Source: an uncultured bacterium (GTDB lineage Bacteria > Actinomycetota > Acidimicrobiia > Spongiisociales > UBA5794). From it: a stretch of 64,000 nucleotides of DNA. The stretch is taken from contig CAWDDT010000004.1 in NCBI GenBank assembly GCA_963801165.1, positions 800,001 to 864,000 of the forward strand, given 5' to 3'. Numbering within the stretch: the first letter of the stretch is position 1; every line of letters starts with the position of its first letter. Of this stretch, positions 40,647-52,200 are shown one piece after another. A model generated the notes under the pieces. That model saw nothing but the letters and a program-made list of their open reading frames with translations, was not told the DNA's origin and searched no databases. Both the position numbers and the translations under genes were made by a program.

Positions 40647-43481
40647 CAGACCGCGTTGGGCACCCAGACGGGCTGCCTCGGTGCGGTTCTTGGCTCCCGT
40701 CTTGATGAGGATGTTGCGCACGTGGTTGGCGGCGGTGTTGACGCTGATGAACAACCGCTCGCTGATGTCGCGGTTGGAGCACCCGGCGGCGATCAGTTCG
40801 AGGACCTCCAACTCGCGAGCGGTCAACACCGAGTCGGATGGCCGCTTGGTCGGGCGGGCCAGACGTTGGATTCGCCGGCTTCCCATCAGCCGGGCCAGGT
40901 CGTACGCTTCCTGGGCCATCGCCTCGGCTCGGTCCGGGTCCCGGTTTCGCAGATACCGGGCGTAGCGGGCAAGAGATTCTGTTCGGTGGTGAGTGGCGCC
41001 TGTGCTTGCATCCATCTCCAATGCCGTCTCGAAGTGATCGGCCGCGTCCCGGCCTGCGACCTCGGCGAGCATGCCCAGATAGCGGTCGGCGCTGCCGAAC
41101 ACGTTCACGAAGAAGCCCGAGATCAAGTTGGTCCCGCTCCGCGGGGAGAGGACCTTGTAGAGGCGCTCGGCGTGAGTGCGGTGTTTGAGCAGGCAGACGG
41201 CCTCGGTGAGATACACGGCCTGGGCCCCCTCGTACTTGTCGGCGATCTCGTCAACGTTGGGTGTGCTCATGATCTCGTCGAGCAGCGTCGCGGTCGAGCG
41301 GCGCATGTCGAGCTCGGTGTAGAGCGCCAGCAGACCGGGTTTCCACCGACCCACCTCCGTGTCGAGGTCACCGGTCACGAGCGGGCGGATATCTTCCAGC
41401 CCCGTCTCGCGTTTGATGTGGAACGACGCCGACCCGTGCAGCCCGTCGATCCGGTCGGGGCCGGTGAAGGCGTCCTTGTACTGGAGGACCCTGTCGACGA
41501 TCCCTAGCGCCTCGTCGTACTGGCCGCGTTGGAGCGATAGCGAGGACATGGCGAAGGCAAGCCCGGTGTGGTGGAACGGCTGGCCGGTTCGTTCTGCGAT
41601 CGTCTCGAGGTCGGTAAGAGCCTCCTGCCAGATGCGACGCTCGCCGAGCGCATAGCCGGTTGATGCCCGCACGAAGGTCGCCTGGGCAAAGAGGTCTAGA
41701 TCGTCGACCTGCCGCGCGAGCGACGAGGCTTCGACGAAACTGTCGAGATCGGTCTTCAGCACCTGCGGCGACGCATATCCGGGTGAGATGAGTGCAACCG
41801 CCAGCAGCGCGGGATCGCCGATTTCCCGGGCCGAAACCACGGCGGCGTCACCGACCTGCCGGGCCACCTCCGGCAAACCGGCGTAACCGTAGGCACGGGC
41901 AAGCTGGGCCGACAGCTCCGTTCGCAGCGGAGCGGTCAGCTCCCCGCTCTTGAGCGCCCCCTTCAGCCGGGCGATCGCCTCATGGCCGAGACGCCCGGGA
42001 CGCCAGGTCGCCTCGGCCAGCCCGATGGCGGCCCTGGCTCGACGTTCCGGGTCCTTGGAACCGCACGCCACGCGATAGATTTCGAGCGCTTGTTCGAAAC
42101 GGCTCGCCAGCAACAGGTTGTGTCCGGCGCGTAGCAGGAGTATCTCGCGGGTCGCGGTGTCTTCGGCTAAGGCGGCGGCGTTCTCGAACTGATCGGCCGC
42201 GTCCTCGAATGCAAACGTCCGCTCGCTGAAGTCACCCGCCCGTGATCCGAACTCCACGGCGTCGTCGCGGCGCGACCCTGCCCGGGCGAGGTGCTGGCTG
42301 ATCCGTGCGGCACAGGCAGGGTCGTCACCCCGCTCAGCGATGAGCAGGTCGGCGATACGTCCGTGGAGTGCGGTGACGTCCGAGGGTGCCATGTCCTCCT
42401 GGAGGGTGTGGCGGGTGAGATCGTGAACGAAGTCATACATGCCGGATTGGTGAACCATCAGACCGTGCGCCACCGCCTCGTCCAGACCGTGGTGGATGCG
42501 ATCGATGTCGACACTGAGGATGGCCGCCAACGCACCGGGATCGATCTCGGGGGCGGAAACCGCGGCGGCACGGACCACGGAGCGTGAGTCAGGCGAGAGG
42601 GTCAGCACGCGTGCCCGCACGGCATCGCTGAGCGACGGTGGCGTCCGCGGTGCCGACGCCTTTGAGCCGTCTCCGCCCACAGTGGCCCAGACCTCGGACA
42701 CGTAGTAGGGGTTGCCAGCGGTCCAATGGCGCAGCAGCCGGGCGGTGCGCGCTGATGCTTCGCCCGGTGCGGCCCGGGTAGCCAGGAACTGCTCGATCTC
42801 GGTTTCGTCGAGCCCGCTGAGATCGAGCCGGGTGACGGAGGGTAGCCGGTGGGCGGTCGCCAGCACACGGGCGAGGAGAGGGGTCCTTTCGGGGAGCGTG
42901 GTCCGGAAGGTCATCAACAGGAGCAGCCGGGCCTGGTCGATCGAGCGCATGATGTGCGAGGCCAGGTTGCAGGTGGGCTCGGTGGCATTGTGAACGTCGT
43001 CGAGGACCAGAACCGTGGGCTGGTCGGCAGCGAGAGCACGCAGGGCCGTCACGACGGCGGCGAACAGCTCGTGGCGTTTGGCGGCTTCGGTCCCCGGCAG
43101 CACCGGGTCCCCCGCCGGGGAGAGGGCGGCAGTGATCGAGGTCAGGGCTTCAGCGAGGCCGGGGACGGTCCGGGTGTCGGCGATGGTGGCGATCTGATCG
43201 AAGATCTGGACGAACGGCTCGAAGGGACGTGCCTGGCCGGTGTGGCGGACTCCGTGGGCGACCACCGCTCCGTTGCCGTGGGCGGCCGACGCTACCTCGG
43301 CCGCCAGCCGACTCTTGCCGATACCGGGCGGTCCGCCGATCAGCACGACCTGGCGACGACCGGCCACGGCCCGGTCCCAGGCCTCGTCCAGCACTTTCTT
43401 CTCGGCATGACGACCCGCAAACCCCCCGAGATGGGAGGTGTCGAGCCACACCGGGAGCGGTGTGTCGGGTGCTCTCCCCAT
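40635..43481 (-). CDS. STAND/AAA-ATPase LuxR-family transcriptional regulator
   Basis: GPPGIGKS, VLDDVH, GNPYY, C-terminal LTARELEVL...HVRNIL.K HTH. Confidence 0.9.
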   Translation of the reverse strand: MGRAPDTPLPVWLDTSHLGGFAGRHAEKKVLDEAWDRAVAGRRQVVLIGGPPGIGKSRLAAEVASAAHGNGAVVAHGVRHTGQARPFEPFVQIFDQIATIADTRTVPGLAEALTSITAALSPAGDPVLPGTEAAKRHELFAAVVTALRALAADQPTVLVLDDVHNATEPTCNLASHIMRSIDQARLLLLMTFRTTLPERTPLLARVLATAHRLPSVTRLDLSGLDETEIEQFLATRAAPGEASARTARLLRHWTAGNPYYVSEVWATVGGDGSKASAPRTPPSLSDAVRARVLTLSPDSRSVVRAAAVSAPEIDPGALAAILSVDIDRIHHGLDEAVAHGLMVHQSGMYDFVHDLTRHTLQEDMAPSDVTALHGRIADLLIAERGDDPACAARISQHLARAGSRRDDAVEFGSRAGDFSERTFAFEDAADQFENAAALAEDTATREILLLRAGHNLLLASRFEQALEIYRVACGSKDPERRARAAIGLAEATWRPGRLGHEAIARLKGALKSGELTAPLRTELSAQLARAYGYAGLPEVARQVGDAAVVSAREIGDPALLAVALISPGYASPQVLKTDLDSFVEASSLARQVDDLDLFAQATFVRASTGYALGERRIWQEALTDLETIAERTGQPFHHTGLAFAMSSLSLQRGQYDEALGIVDRVLQYKDAFTGPDRIDGLHGSASFHIKRETGLEDIRPLVTGDLDTEVGRWKPGLLALYTELDMRRSTATLLDEIMSTPNVDEIADKYEGAQAVYLTEAVCLLKHRTHAERLYKVLSPRSGTNLISGFFVNVFGSADRYLGMLAEVAGRDAADHFETALEMDASTGATHHRTESLARYARYLRNRDPDRAEAMAQEAYDLARLMGSRRIQRLARPTKRPSDSVLTARELEVLELIAAGCSNRDISERLFISVNTAANHVRNILIKTGAKNRTEAARLGAQRGLLPT

Positions 43482-43693
43482 AGCTGGAACATACACCGCA
43501 CTGCCGTTCCAGCCATGACCACTAATGACTATTCGGGGCCTAATGGTCAATTCAGGTCATGACGCCGCGGGGTGGTCTCGATACGTTGCCTGGGCCGGGA
43601 ACGGCCCGGCACAGCAAAGGGGGGAGCGACACCCGGCAACGCTCCGGTGATCGTATCCCGCCGTTCCCACAACGTGGGAGAAAGGAAGGCACG

Positions 43694-44686
43694 ATGAGAA
43701 ATCCAATTCGCAGACGGGGACGTCTGCTCGTGTTGGCCGTCGCCCTGCTGATGTTGGTGCCGGCGGCTGCGTCGGCGACGCAGCCGTGCGGAGACCCCAC
43801 GGCAACGCTGCTGGCCTCGGGGCTCGCCGGCTCGACCGGATCGGGAAGCACGATCGGCCCCGACGGGGCGCTGTACGTGACCGAGGGCGCCGCCGGGAGG
43901 ATCTCCAGGATCGATCGGGAGACGGGGCAGGTGACCACCTTTGCCGATGGTCTGCCGGCCGCGATACCCGCTGTGGGGCTCGGAGGGCCAATGGACGTGG
44001 CCTTCATCGGCGATACGGCGTATGCCCTTGTGACGCTGGTCGGGCCCGACGTGGGCGGATCCGACGTGTCCGGCATCTACCGGATCGACGGGCGTAGCAG
44101 CTTCACCGTGATCGCCGACATCGGATCGTGGTCGATAGCCAATCCACCGGAGACCGAGTTCTTCGTCCCGTCGGGTCTCCAGTATGCGTTCGAGCCGTAC
44201 CAAGGCGATTTCCTGGTGACCGACGGTCACCACAACCGGGTGCTGCGGGTAGCGCTCAACGGGGACGTCAGTGAGGTCGTGGCACTCGACGACGTGGTGC
44301 CCACCGGTCTCGACATCAGGGGTAGCCAGGTGTATCTGGCACTTGCCGGTCCCAACCCGCACCTGCCCGAGGATGGTCGGGTTGTACGGTTCAACGTACA
44401 CAACCCCAAGGTCAAGCCGGTGGCCTCGGGAGCGAGGCTCCTGGTAGATGTGGAGTTCGGACAGGGCAACAGCATGTACGGTCTCTCGCAGGGCCACTTC
44501 ACCCCGGGCAACCCGGACGGGTCGCCCGCCGACCCGGATAGCGGTGCGTTGATGCGGGCCGATCATCACGGCCAGTTCGTTCCCGTCTTCGAGGGGCTCG
44601 ATCGCCCCACGTCGGTCGAGATCGTGGGCCATACCGCCTACGTGACGACGCTGGGGGGCGAGGTCTGGGAGATCGACAACATCTAG
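43694..44686 (+). CDS. ScyD/ScyE-like secreted beta-propeller protein
   Basis: signal peptide; GPDGALYVTE, VTDGHHNRVLRV, VPTGL repeats. Confidence 0.7.
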   Translation: MRNPIRRRGRLLVLAVALLMLVPAAASATQPCGDPTATLLASGLAGSTGSGSTIGPDGALYVTEGAAGRISRIDRETGQVTTFADGLPAAIPAVGLGGPMDVAFIGDTAYALVTLVGPDVGGSDVSGIYRIDGRSSFTVIADIGSWSIANPPETEFFVPSGLQYAFEPYQGDFLVTDGHHNRVLRVALNGDVSEVVALDDVVPTGLDIRGSQVYLALAGPNPHLPEDGRVVRFNVHNPKVKPVASGARLLVDVEFGQGNSMYGLSQGHFTPGNPDGSPADPDSGALMRADHHGQFVPVFEGLDRPTSVEIVGHTAYVTTLGGEVWEIDNI

Positions 44687-44963
44687 CTCCGTTGGGGAAG
44701 GGTACGGGCAACGGGTGTCCCGCCGTAGTGATGGGCGGGGCACCCGTCGCTGTGTACCTGGTCCCGGCAGGCACGTCGACCTCTCCGGGGACGGGTAGGA
44801 AAACGTTTTTCAGTTGTCGAGCTTCCTATACACCGGTCTCGTGGGTGACCGCCGGCCGGGCGGTGACGCCCCGGGGACTCGAATGCCCTCGCCGCGGCCG
44901 AGGCTATGACCGGCGGATCAGCCCGGGGAGACGAAGCTCCCGTCCTCAGCTGCATCCGTGCTG

Positions 44964-45419
44964 TCACGGAACTGGCGTGCCCTCGCTGACCGGTTCGAGC
45001 ACGAAGACCGGAATCTGGCGGTCGGTTTTGCGCTGGTAGTCGGCGTAGTCGGGGTAGGCATCAACGGCCCGGGTCCACCAGACGGCTTTCTCGTCTCCGA
45101 ACACCTCACGAGCCCGGTACTGACCGGTCGCCGTGCCATCTTGCAGCTCGATCAGCGGTTCGGCGACCAGGCAGGCGTACCACTGCGGGTTGGTCGGTGC
45201 GCCACCTTTGGAGGCGACAGCGGCGTACCGCCCCTCGTGTTCGACCCGCATTACCGGCGTCTTGCGCACCTTCCCGGTTTTGACGCCCCGATAGGTCATC
45301 AGCACGGTGGGCATGCCCCTGATCGTGACGCCGTCGGTGGTGCCGGTACCCACGATCTGCTCGACGTGGTCCCGTACCCATCCCGACGGGCTCGGTTCGT
45401 AATCGATAGTGTCGCTCAT
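44964..45419 (-). CDS. deazaflavin (F420)-dependent nitroreductase family protein
   Basis: [44 protein letters not shown]. Confidence 0.92.
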   Translation of the reverse strand: MSDTIDYEPSPSGWVRDHVEQIVGTGTTDGVTIRGMPTVLMTYRGVKTGKVRKTPVMRVEHEGRYAAVASKGGAPTNPQWYACLVAEPLIELQDGTATGQYRAREVFGDEKAVWWTRAVDAYPDYADYQRKTDRQIPVFVLEPVSEGTPVP

Positions 45420-45490
45420 CTCCCGATCAACGGCTCCGGATGCGTGGAAATTCCGCGCTCGCCGGTGGCGTCGGGGGAGCGACCGTTCCC

Positions 45491-46615
45491 CTACAGCGTC
45501 GCTGCATAGGCGGCTTCTACCGCAAATGCCTCGGCCTCGATGGGGTTGGTGGCGTAGTCGAAGCCGGATTGGACGAAGCCCATGCCGTAGGCGCACGCAA
45601 AGGCATCCTCGAACCGGAAGCGCCGGTACTGGTCGACGTGGGTGGTCTCGTGCACCATCAGTGCCTTGTCGTCGTCGACGGTGGGGTCCCATGCGTCGCG
45701 CACGTAGATGTCGTAGCTGAGGGTGTAGCCGGCGAACTCAGGCCCCATGAAGGTCATCGCCAGGGTGCCGTCGCTGAAGTGGTTGCCGGACAGGGCGGCG
45801 TTCTCCATGAACCCGACCTTGGTGAGGTCGACGTTGGGGAAGATCGGCTGGATCTCCGTCTGGAAATCGGGAGGCAGCGACTGGAACGGCTTGCCCAGAT
45901 TGAACAGGATGTTGTCGGCTTCGGCCAGGTTGTGGATGAGGATCCCACCGAGGCAGCCGCCCAACATGGCGAGCGCTTCGAGCAGTCCCATGGCGAGGTC
46001 GCCGAGCCAATCGAGAGCCCGGTCGATGGCTTCCAGCGCCCATTCGTATGCTGCTGCCGCCCTCTCCTCGACCCATTCGACCACGTCGGCGGCCGCTTCC
46101 ATAGCCCAGTCGGCGGCGGCGGTGAGGTCTTCCCAGACAGCCTCGGCGGTGTCTTCGAGCCATTCCCATGCCGCTTCGGCACCATCTTCGATGGCTTCCC
46201 AGGCGTCTTCGGCTGCGGCGGAGATCGCCTCCCAGGCTTCTTCAGCGGCATCGGCAATGGCGTTGACGGCTGCATCGACCAGGTCGGTGGCGCCGTCCCA
46301 GGCTTCCTCGGCGAGTTCGGCAAACGCATCGAAGACGTCACCGGCGGCGTCGACGGCGTCTTCGGCAAGGTCACCGAGCGCGTCGACGGCGTCCTGTGCG
46401 AAATCGGCGACCGCTTCGACCACATCTTCGACGGTGTCGATAACCGCGTCGACGACATCGCCGACCGCATCGATGACGTCTTCTGCCACGTCGCCTATTG
46501 CATCGACAACGTCTTCGATGACGTCACCGGCCGCGTCGACCACGTCCTCGACTACGTCGCCTACGGCGTCGGCCGCGTCACCGACGGCGTCGACTATGTC
46601 CCCAAGAAGGCCCAT
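45491..46615 (-). CDS. acidic 11-mer amphipathic-repeat protein with C-terminal DUF4157-like HExxH domain
   Basis: [11 protein letters not shown]-type repeats; AMTF...IY...[12 protein letters not shown]...Y..NPIE.EA. Confidence 0.75.
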   Translation of the reverse strand: MGLLGDIVDAVGDAADAVGDVVEDVVDAAGDVIEDVVDAIGDVAEDVIDAVGDVVDAVIDTVEDVVEAVADFAQDAVDALGDLAEDAVDAAGDVFDAFAELAEEAWDGATDLVDAAVNAIADAAEEAWEAISAAAEDAWEAIEDGAEAAWEWLEDTAEAVWEDLTAAADWAMEAAADVVEWVEERAAAAYEWALEAIDRALDWLGDLAMGLLEALAMLGGCLGGILIHNLAEADNILFNLGKPFQSLPPDFQTEIQPIFPNVDLTKVGFMENAALSGNHFSDGTLAMTFMGPEFAGYTLSYDIYVRDAWDPTVDDDKALMVHETTHVDQYRRFRFEDAFACAYGMGFVQSGFDYATNPIEAEAFAVEAAYAATL

Positions 46616-46627
46616 GATGAGTACCGG

Positions 46628-47080
46628 CTAGCCGCGGGCGGCGATGTCGGCGAGCAGGATCTCCATCGCCTCTTCGGTGGTGAATCCGGCCGTCTCCAGG
46701 GTCTGCTTCTTGAGGGCGAGCATCTCGGCACGGCGAGCCAGGATCACCTTGACGTCGTTGGAACCGGCGATGTGGTCGAGGCCGGCCCGGGCCACGTCGA
46801 CCTTGAGGTCGAAGCGGTCGAGCACCGAGCCCCGGGCAGCTCCCGTTGCGATCTCGGATGCTTCCCGCACGATGGCGTTCTCGAGGGACGCCTGGCTGGC
46901 GGACGCGGCGGCGGCCTTGATGGTTGCCTGCACGTCGTCGGGCAGCTTCTGGTTGGCCTTGAGACCCAACCGGTCCTTCATCACTTTGGTGACGGACTTG
47001 TCGATGTCCGTCTCGAGCTTCTCCACCCGCAACGTCGGTGCGGTGACGGTTCGCGTCGGCAAAGTGGTTCTCGCTGGCAT
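46628..47080 (-). CDS. hypothetical helical protein
   Basis: ATG with AGGAGG RBS; 12 nt from the downstream gene. Confidence 0.7.
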   Translation of the reverse strand: MPARTTLPTRTVTAPTLRVEKLETDIDKSVTKVMKDRLGLKANQKLPDDVQATIKAAAASASQASLENAIVREASEIATGAARGSVLDRFDLKVDVARAGLDHIAGSNDVKVILARRAEMLALKKQTLETAGFTTEEAMEILLADIAARG

Positions 47081-47198
47081 GTGCCCTCCTCTGGGTCTGG
47101 TCTGTCGGGTACTAGAGGCGGGAGAGGAGGGTTTGATACGTCGCGAGGTCGAGTGCTTGCCGCAGGAGGGAGGCGGCGTCGCGGGACGTCTGGCCCTG

Positions 47199-47738
47199 TC
47201 AGTCCACCAGATCGGCTGGATCGAAGCTGACCTCGGCCGGTCCGATGTCGAGGGTGACGGTGGTGCCCGGCCCGTGCCGGCCCTGTTCGACCAGGATTCC
47301 GTCGACCAGCTTGTAGACGATGACCTCCGGTCCGTCGGGGTCGATGATCCAGTAGCGCTCGAGCCCGGCCGCGGCGTATTTGGCGGCCTTGCGGATGATG
47401 TCCCGGGCAGGGTCCGAGGAGAGCACCTCGACGGCCAGATACGGTGTTGCGGTGTAGCGCACATCCTCGCCGCGGTCATCGAAGACCATCACATCCGGCC
47501 CAAACTCGTCCGGGCCGGGCTTCCAACCCCAGCCCTCCCGTACACGGGTTGGCATCGATACGGCGCTCTTGAGGATGACCGCAAGGTTGAACGAGACATC
47601 CTGATGACGACCACCGGGGAACGGACTCATAACGAGCTCTCCGTCGATGTACTCGCCTCGGACGTCGGGTCCGAGTGCTTCGTATTCGTTCCAGGACATG
47701 GGGATGCGGTCCCCGGGTTGCATGGTCTTGGTAGCCAT
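47199..47738 (-). CDS. Uma2 (DUF820) family PD-(D/E)XK endonuclease, copy 1
   Basis: [11 protein letters not shown]...HQ...PDV...VEVLS...K..KYA..G...YWIIDP; 540 bp. Confidence 0.92.
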   Translation of the reverse strand: MATKTMQPGDRIPMSWNEYEALGPDVRGEYIDGELVMSPFPGGRHQDVSFNLAVILKSAVSMPTRVREGWGWKPGPDEFGPDVMVFDDRGEDVRYTATPYLAVEVLSSDPARDIIRKAAKYAAAGLERYWIIDPDGPEVIVYKLVDGILVEQGRHGPGTTVTLDIGPAEVSFDPADLVD

Positions 47739-47885
47739 GTCATACACAGTAACCCTCCTTCGCCCTCCGCGGTGGTGCGCCTTCAGCACCATCTCATGCG
47801 GGTGTGACACGATCCGGCCGGTGCTTGGCTGCGTGGTCGAGACTCGCGGCTGTCGCGGGTGAATCGCGCCGGGGGACGCGTATGG

Positions 47886-48425
47886 CTATGCCACGAGCTC
47901 TACCGGATCGAAGCTGACCTCCGTTGGTCCGATGTCGAGGGTGACGGTGGTGCCCGGGCCGTGGCGGCCTTGTTCGACGAGGACGCCGTCAGTGAGCCGG
48001 TACACGATGACCTCGGGTCCGTCGGGGTCGATGATCCAGTAGCGCTCGAGACCTGCGGCGGCGTATTTGGCGGCTTTGCGGATGATGTCCCGGGCAGGGT
48101 CTGAGGAGAGCACCTCGATGGCCAGATAGGGAAGCGCGGTGAGGCGCTTTCGCTCGTCGGACACGCCGAATACCGTTACGTCCGGGATGAATTCGTCGTT
48201 GTCCGGCTTCCAAGCCCAATTCTCCACTACCTCGGCGTGCTCCGGCAATGCGACTTCGATGAGTTTGTGGATGCGATAGGCGATCCGTTGGTGGTCTAGC
48301 GTCGGCGACGGGCTCATAACGAGTGCGCCGTCGATGTACTCGCCGCGGACGTCGGGCCCGAGTGCTTCGTATTCGTCCCAGGACATGGGGATGCGGTCCC
48401 CGGGTTGCATGGTCTTGGTAGCCAT
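47886..48425 (-). CDS. Uma2 family endonuclease, copy 2
   Basis: same motifs; 540 bp; 687-bp period from copy 1. Confidence 0.92.
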   Translation of the reverse strand: MATKTMQPGDRIPMSWDEYEALGPDVRGEYIDGALVMSPSPTLDHQRIAYRIHKLIEVALPEHAEVVENWAWKPDNDEFIPDVTVFGVSDERKRLTALPYLAIEVLSSDPARDIIRKAAKYAAAGLERYWIIDPDGPEVIVYRLTDGVLVEQGRHGPGTTVTLDIGPTEVSFDPVELVA

Positions 48426-48579
48426 GTCATACACAGTAACCCTCCTTCGCCCTCCGTGGTGGTGCGCCTTCAGCACCATCTCATGCGGGTGTGACACGAT
48501 CCGGCCGGTGCTTGTCTGCTGCTCGAGACTCGCGGCTGTCGCGGGTCAGAACTCGCCGCCGGGGTGACCGCTGTATCGG

Positions 48580-49118
48580 CTATGCCACGAGCTCTGCTGG
48601 ATCGAAGCTGACCTCTGCCGGTCCGATGTCGAGGGTGACGGTGGTCCCCGGGCCGTGCCGGCCTTGCTCGACGAGGACGCCGTCATGAGCCGGTACACGA
48701 TGACCTCCGGTCCGTCGGGGTCGATGATCCAGTAGCGCTCGAGACCGGCCGCGGCATACTTCGCAGCCTTGCGGATGATGTCCCGGGCAGGATCCGAGGA
48801 CAGGACTTCGACGACCAGGCACGGTGTTCCGGTGTAGCGCGTCTCCTCGGGAGTTATGTCGTGAACCACCACGTCGGGGACGAACTCGTCCTTCCCTGGC
48901 TTCCACGCCCAATTCTCCACAACAACAATCTCTCTAGGGAGGTTCGCTTCGATGAGATTGGCAAGTCGACGCGCCAGCTGTTGGTGGCGGTGCGTCGGCG
49001 ACGGGCTCATAACGAGTTCCCCGTCGATGTACTCGCCGCGCACGTCGGGCCCGAGTGCCTCGTATTCGTCCCAGGACATGGGGATGCGGTCCCCGGGTTG
49101 CATGGTCTTAGTAGCCAT
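48580..49118 (-). CDS. Uma2 family endonuclease, copy 3 (1-nt deletion near 48686)
   Basis: 539 bp; CCGTCA-TGAGCC versus CCGTCAGTGAGCC in copy 2. Confidence 0.85.
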
Positions 49119-49265
49119 GTCATACACGATATACCTCCCTCGCCCTCCACGGTGGTACGCCTTCTGTATCGTCTCAAGCGGGTGTGACAATTTCGGGCGT
49201 ACCCCTCGCAGTGTGACGGTTGGTGCCACAATGTGCGTCGGTGGTGCCGTCGATACGGGGGACCG

Positions 49266-52200
49266 ATGCCGATACAGCTTCATGTAGCTCCGCATCCAGA
49301 CGCGCTCGTCGATTTGCTCATCGACCGGCTTGCCGTCCCTCCCGAGGATCCGTTTGCGCCGGAGCTGATTGCGGTTCCGACCCGGGGTATCGAGCGGTGG
49401 CTGACGCAGCGGATCGCGCTCGGGTTCGCTGAGCGCGGGATTGGTGACGGGGTGGTCGCCAATGTCGAGTTTCCGTCGCCACGCCATCTGGTGCAACAGG
49501 TGCTTGCTGTTGTTCCCGACCTCGCCGCCTCTGCCGATGCCTGGCAGACGGCCAACCTCACCTCTCACGTGCTCACCGCCATCGACCGGCATGTCGACGA
49601 GGCGTGGCTGCGGCTCATCCAGCGATACATCGACGGCCCCACCGGGCCCAACCGGCTCGGCGCCGCTACCAAGATCGCCCGGCTGTTCTCGACATACGCC
49701 AGGCGCCGTCCCGAGATGATCCGCTCCTGGGCAGATGGCCAAGACGTCGGGCCTGCCGGTGAGCCGATCGACGCCGGGTACGCATGGCAGCCGACCCTGT
49801 GGCGGGCGGTGCGAGACGAGATCGGCATTCCGCCGCTCGCCAGTTTGCTGCCGGAAGGGCTCGACCCCATCCGCGACGGATCGATCGACCTCGACCTGCC
49901 CGACCGGCTCGCCGTGTACGGGCTCACCGCCACCGATCCGCTCGACCTCCAGGTGCTCCGGGCACTCGGCGAGCAGCGGGATGTGGCCCTGTATGCGCTG
50001 CACCCCTCGCCGGGGCTGTGGCAGACGCTCGCGGCGGGCGGGCTGACGGTCATTTCCCGCGACGACGACCCCACCGCAGCCGCCCCGGTGCATCCGCTGC
50101 TCGGCTCATGGGGCAGAGACAGCCGTGAGCTACAGACGGTGCTGAGCGATGCCGGGCTCGCATCCTCCCTGTCTAGCTCTGGGGATGAACAGCCGTTTGA
50201 TGCCCTCCCCGGCGAGCCCCTTCGGGGCCGCCGACCCTCCCAAAGGGAGGGTGAATCTCCCTCTCCCTCTGGGAGAGGTCCCGAGCGAAGCGAAGGGGGT
50301 GAGGGCCTTGTGGTGCCGTCCGATATTCCCTCTCCCTCTGGGAGAGGTCCCGAGCGAAGCGATGCCGGTGAGGGCGTTGTACTGCCGGCCGGTCCGGGGA
50401 TTCCCTCTCCCTTTGGGAGAGGTCCCGAGCGAAGCGAAGGGGGTGAGGGCCTTGTGGTGCCGTCCGATATTCCCTCTCCCTCTGGGAGAGGTGGCGAGCG
50501 AAGCGATGCCGGTGAGGGCCTTCGACTGCTCGCCCGGATCCAGGCCGACATCGAGAACAACCGCCCGGCAGAGCCCCAACCCGACCTGGCCGAAGCCGTC
50601 ACCGCCGGCTCGGATCGCAGCGTGCAGATCCACGTCACCTACGGGCCGCGTCGTCAGGTGGAGGTCACCCGCGACGTCATCCTGCACCTTCTCGCCGACG
50701 ATCCGACCCTCGAGCCGCGTGACATCGTCGTCATGACCCCCGACCTCGGCACCTTCGCCCCGTTGCTCGAAGCGGCCTTCCCCACAGGCGACCGCGACGA
50801 CACCGATGGCATGCCCGACCTGCGGCTCCGCATCGCCGACCGTTCCCCGGCGGCGGTCAACCCGCTGGTGCGGTTCGCTGCCAGCGTGCTCGAGCTCGCC
50901 GACTCCCGCATGGAGGCCAACACCATCCGGCAACTGGTCACCCGCCCGGTGGTGCAGCAACGCTTCGGGTTCGACGTCGACACGGCGGCGGCCATCACCG
51001 GCATCATCAACGACAGCAACATCAGCTGGGGCCTCGACTCCGACCACCGGGAGCAATGGGGCGCCGGGCACTTGCCCGACCGCACCTGGAGCCGCGGCCT
51101 CGACCGGGCGTTGACCGGCGTCTTTTACAGCGACGACCCGGTGCGGGTGATCGACCGCACCGTGCCCCTCGACGGCGTCGAGGGGCAGGACGCCACTCCG
51201 GTGGGGCTGCTGGCCGCCCTCATCGACCGCATCGGTGCCATCCGGGACCTGCTCGCCAACGCGATGCCGATGTCGCAATGGGCGCAGGCGATCGCCGACA
51301 GCGTCCGGCTGCTGGCCAAACCCGGCTGGGACGACGAATGGCAGATTGGCCAGCTGGAGCGGCTGCTCGGCGAGACCTTCCCCGAGACCACACGGGACCC
51401 AACGCTCACCCTCGCCGAAGCCCGCCGGGCGATCGCCGGTTGGACCGAGACCCGGCCCAGCCCGCTGCACTTCCGCACCGGCGACGTCACCGTGTGCACG
51501 CTGGTGCCGATGCGCTCGGTGCCGTACCGGGTGGTGTGCCTGCTCGGCATGGACGACGAGCGCTTCCCCCGCTCCAGCCGCACCGACGGCGACGACCTGC
51601 TGGTGGGCGACGAGCGGGTTGGCGATTTCGACCGCAGCTCGGAGGATCGCCAGCTGCTGCTCGATGCGTTGATGGCGGCAAGCGACCACCTCGTCGTCAC
51701 CTACTCGGGAAGGGACGAGCTCACCAACAGCGAGCTGCCCCCTGCGGTGCCCATCGCCGAGCTACGCGACACCCTCGACGACATGGTCGGACCCGACGGG
51801 CTCGCCGCCATCGTCACCCAACATCCGCTCCAGTCTTTCAGCACCGCCAACTTCACCCCCGGCGCCCTCGGTGTGCCAGGGCCGTTTGGTTTCGACGCCG
51901 CCGCCTTCGCCGGAGCCGGGGCGATCGCCACCGGCTCGACGACACCGCTTGTCGAGGCGGGCTGGCCCGACCCCGAGCCGATCGAGACTCTCGACCTCGG
52001 CGACCTGATCAAGTTTCTGCAACACCCGGCGCAACGTTTCCTGCAAACCCGGGTGGGCTATGTGGTGCCAAGGGCAGGTGAGGAGCCCGACGACACGCTG
52101 CCCGCCGACCTCGACGCACTCAGCAAGTGGAAGGTGAAAGAGCAGGTGCTGGACGGCCTGGTCGACGGGTACGCGCTCGATGCCCTTCAGCTGCGGCAAC

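Noticed and set aside
45440-47230. Long antisense or alternative-frame ORFs (also 59794-61623, 50130-51689, 15747-17006)
   Set aside because: They are shadow ORFs of well-supported genes, expected in high-GC DNA, and show no motifs.
47199-49118. Diversity-generating retroelement explanation for Uma2 variation
   Set aside because: No reverse transcriptase in the window, and the differences are not confined to adenine positions.
50259-50520. CRISPR-like repeat/spacer pattern in recC (also 57250-57510 and 18281-18895)
   Set aside because: Spacers repeat or are related to each other (CTTGTGGTGCCGTCCGATATT occurs twice), the repeats are GC-rich REP-type hairpins, and no cas genes are present.
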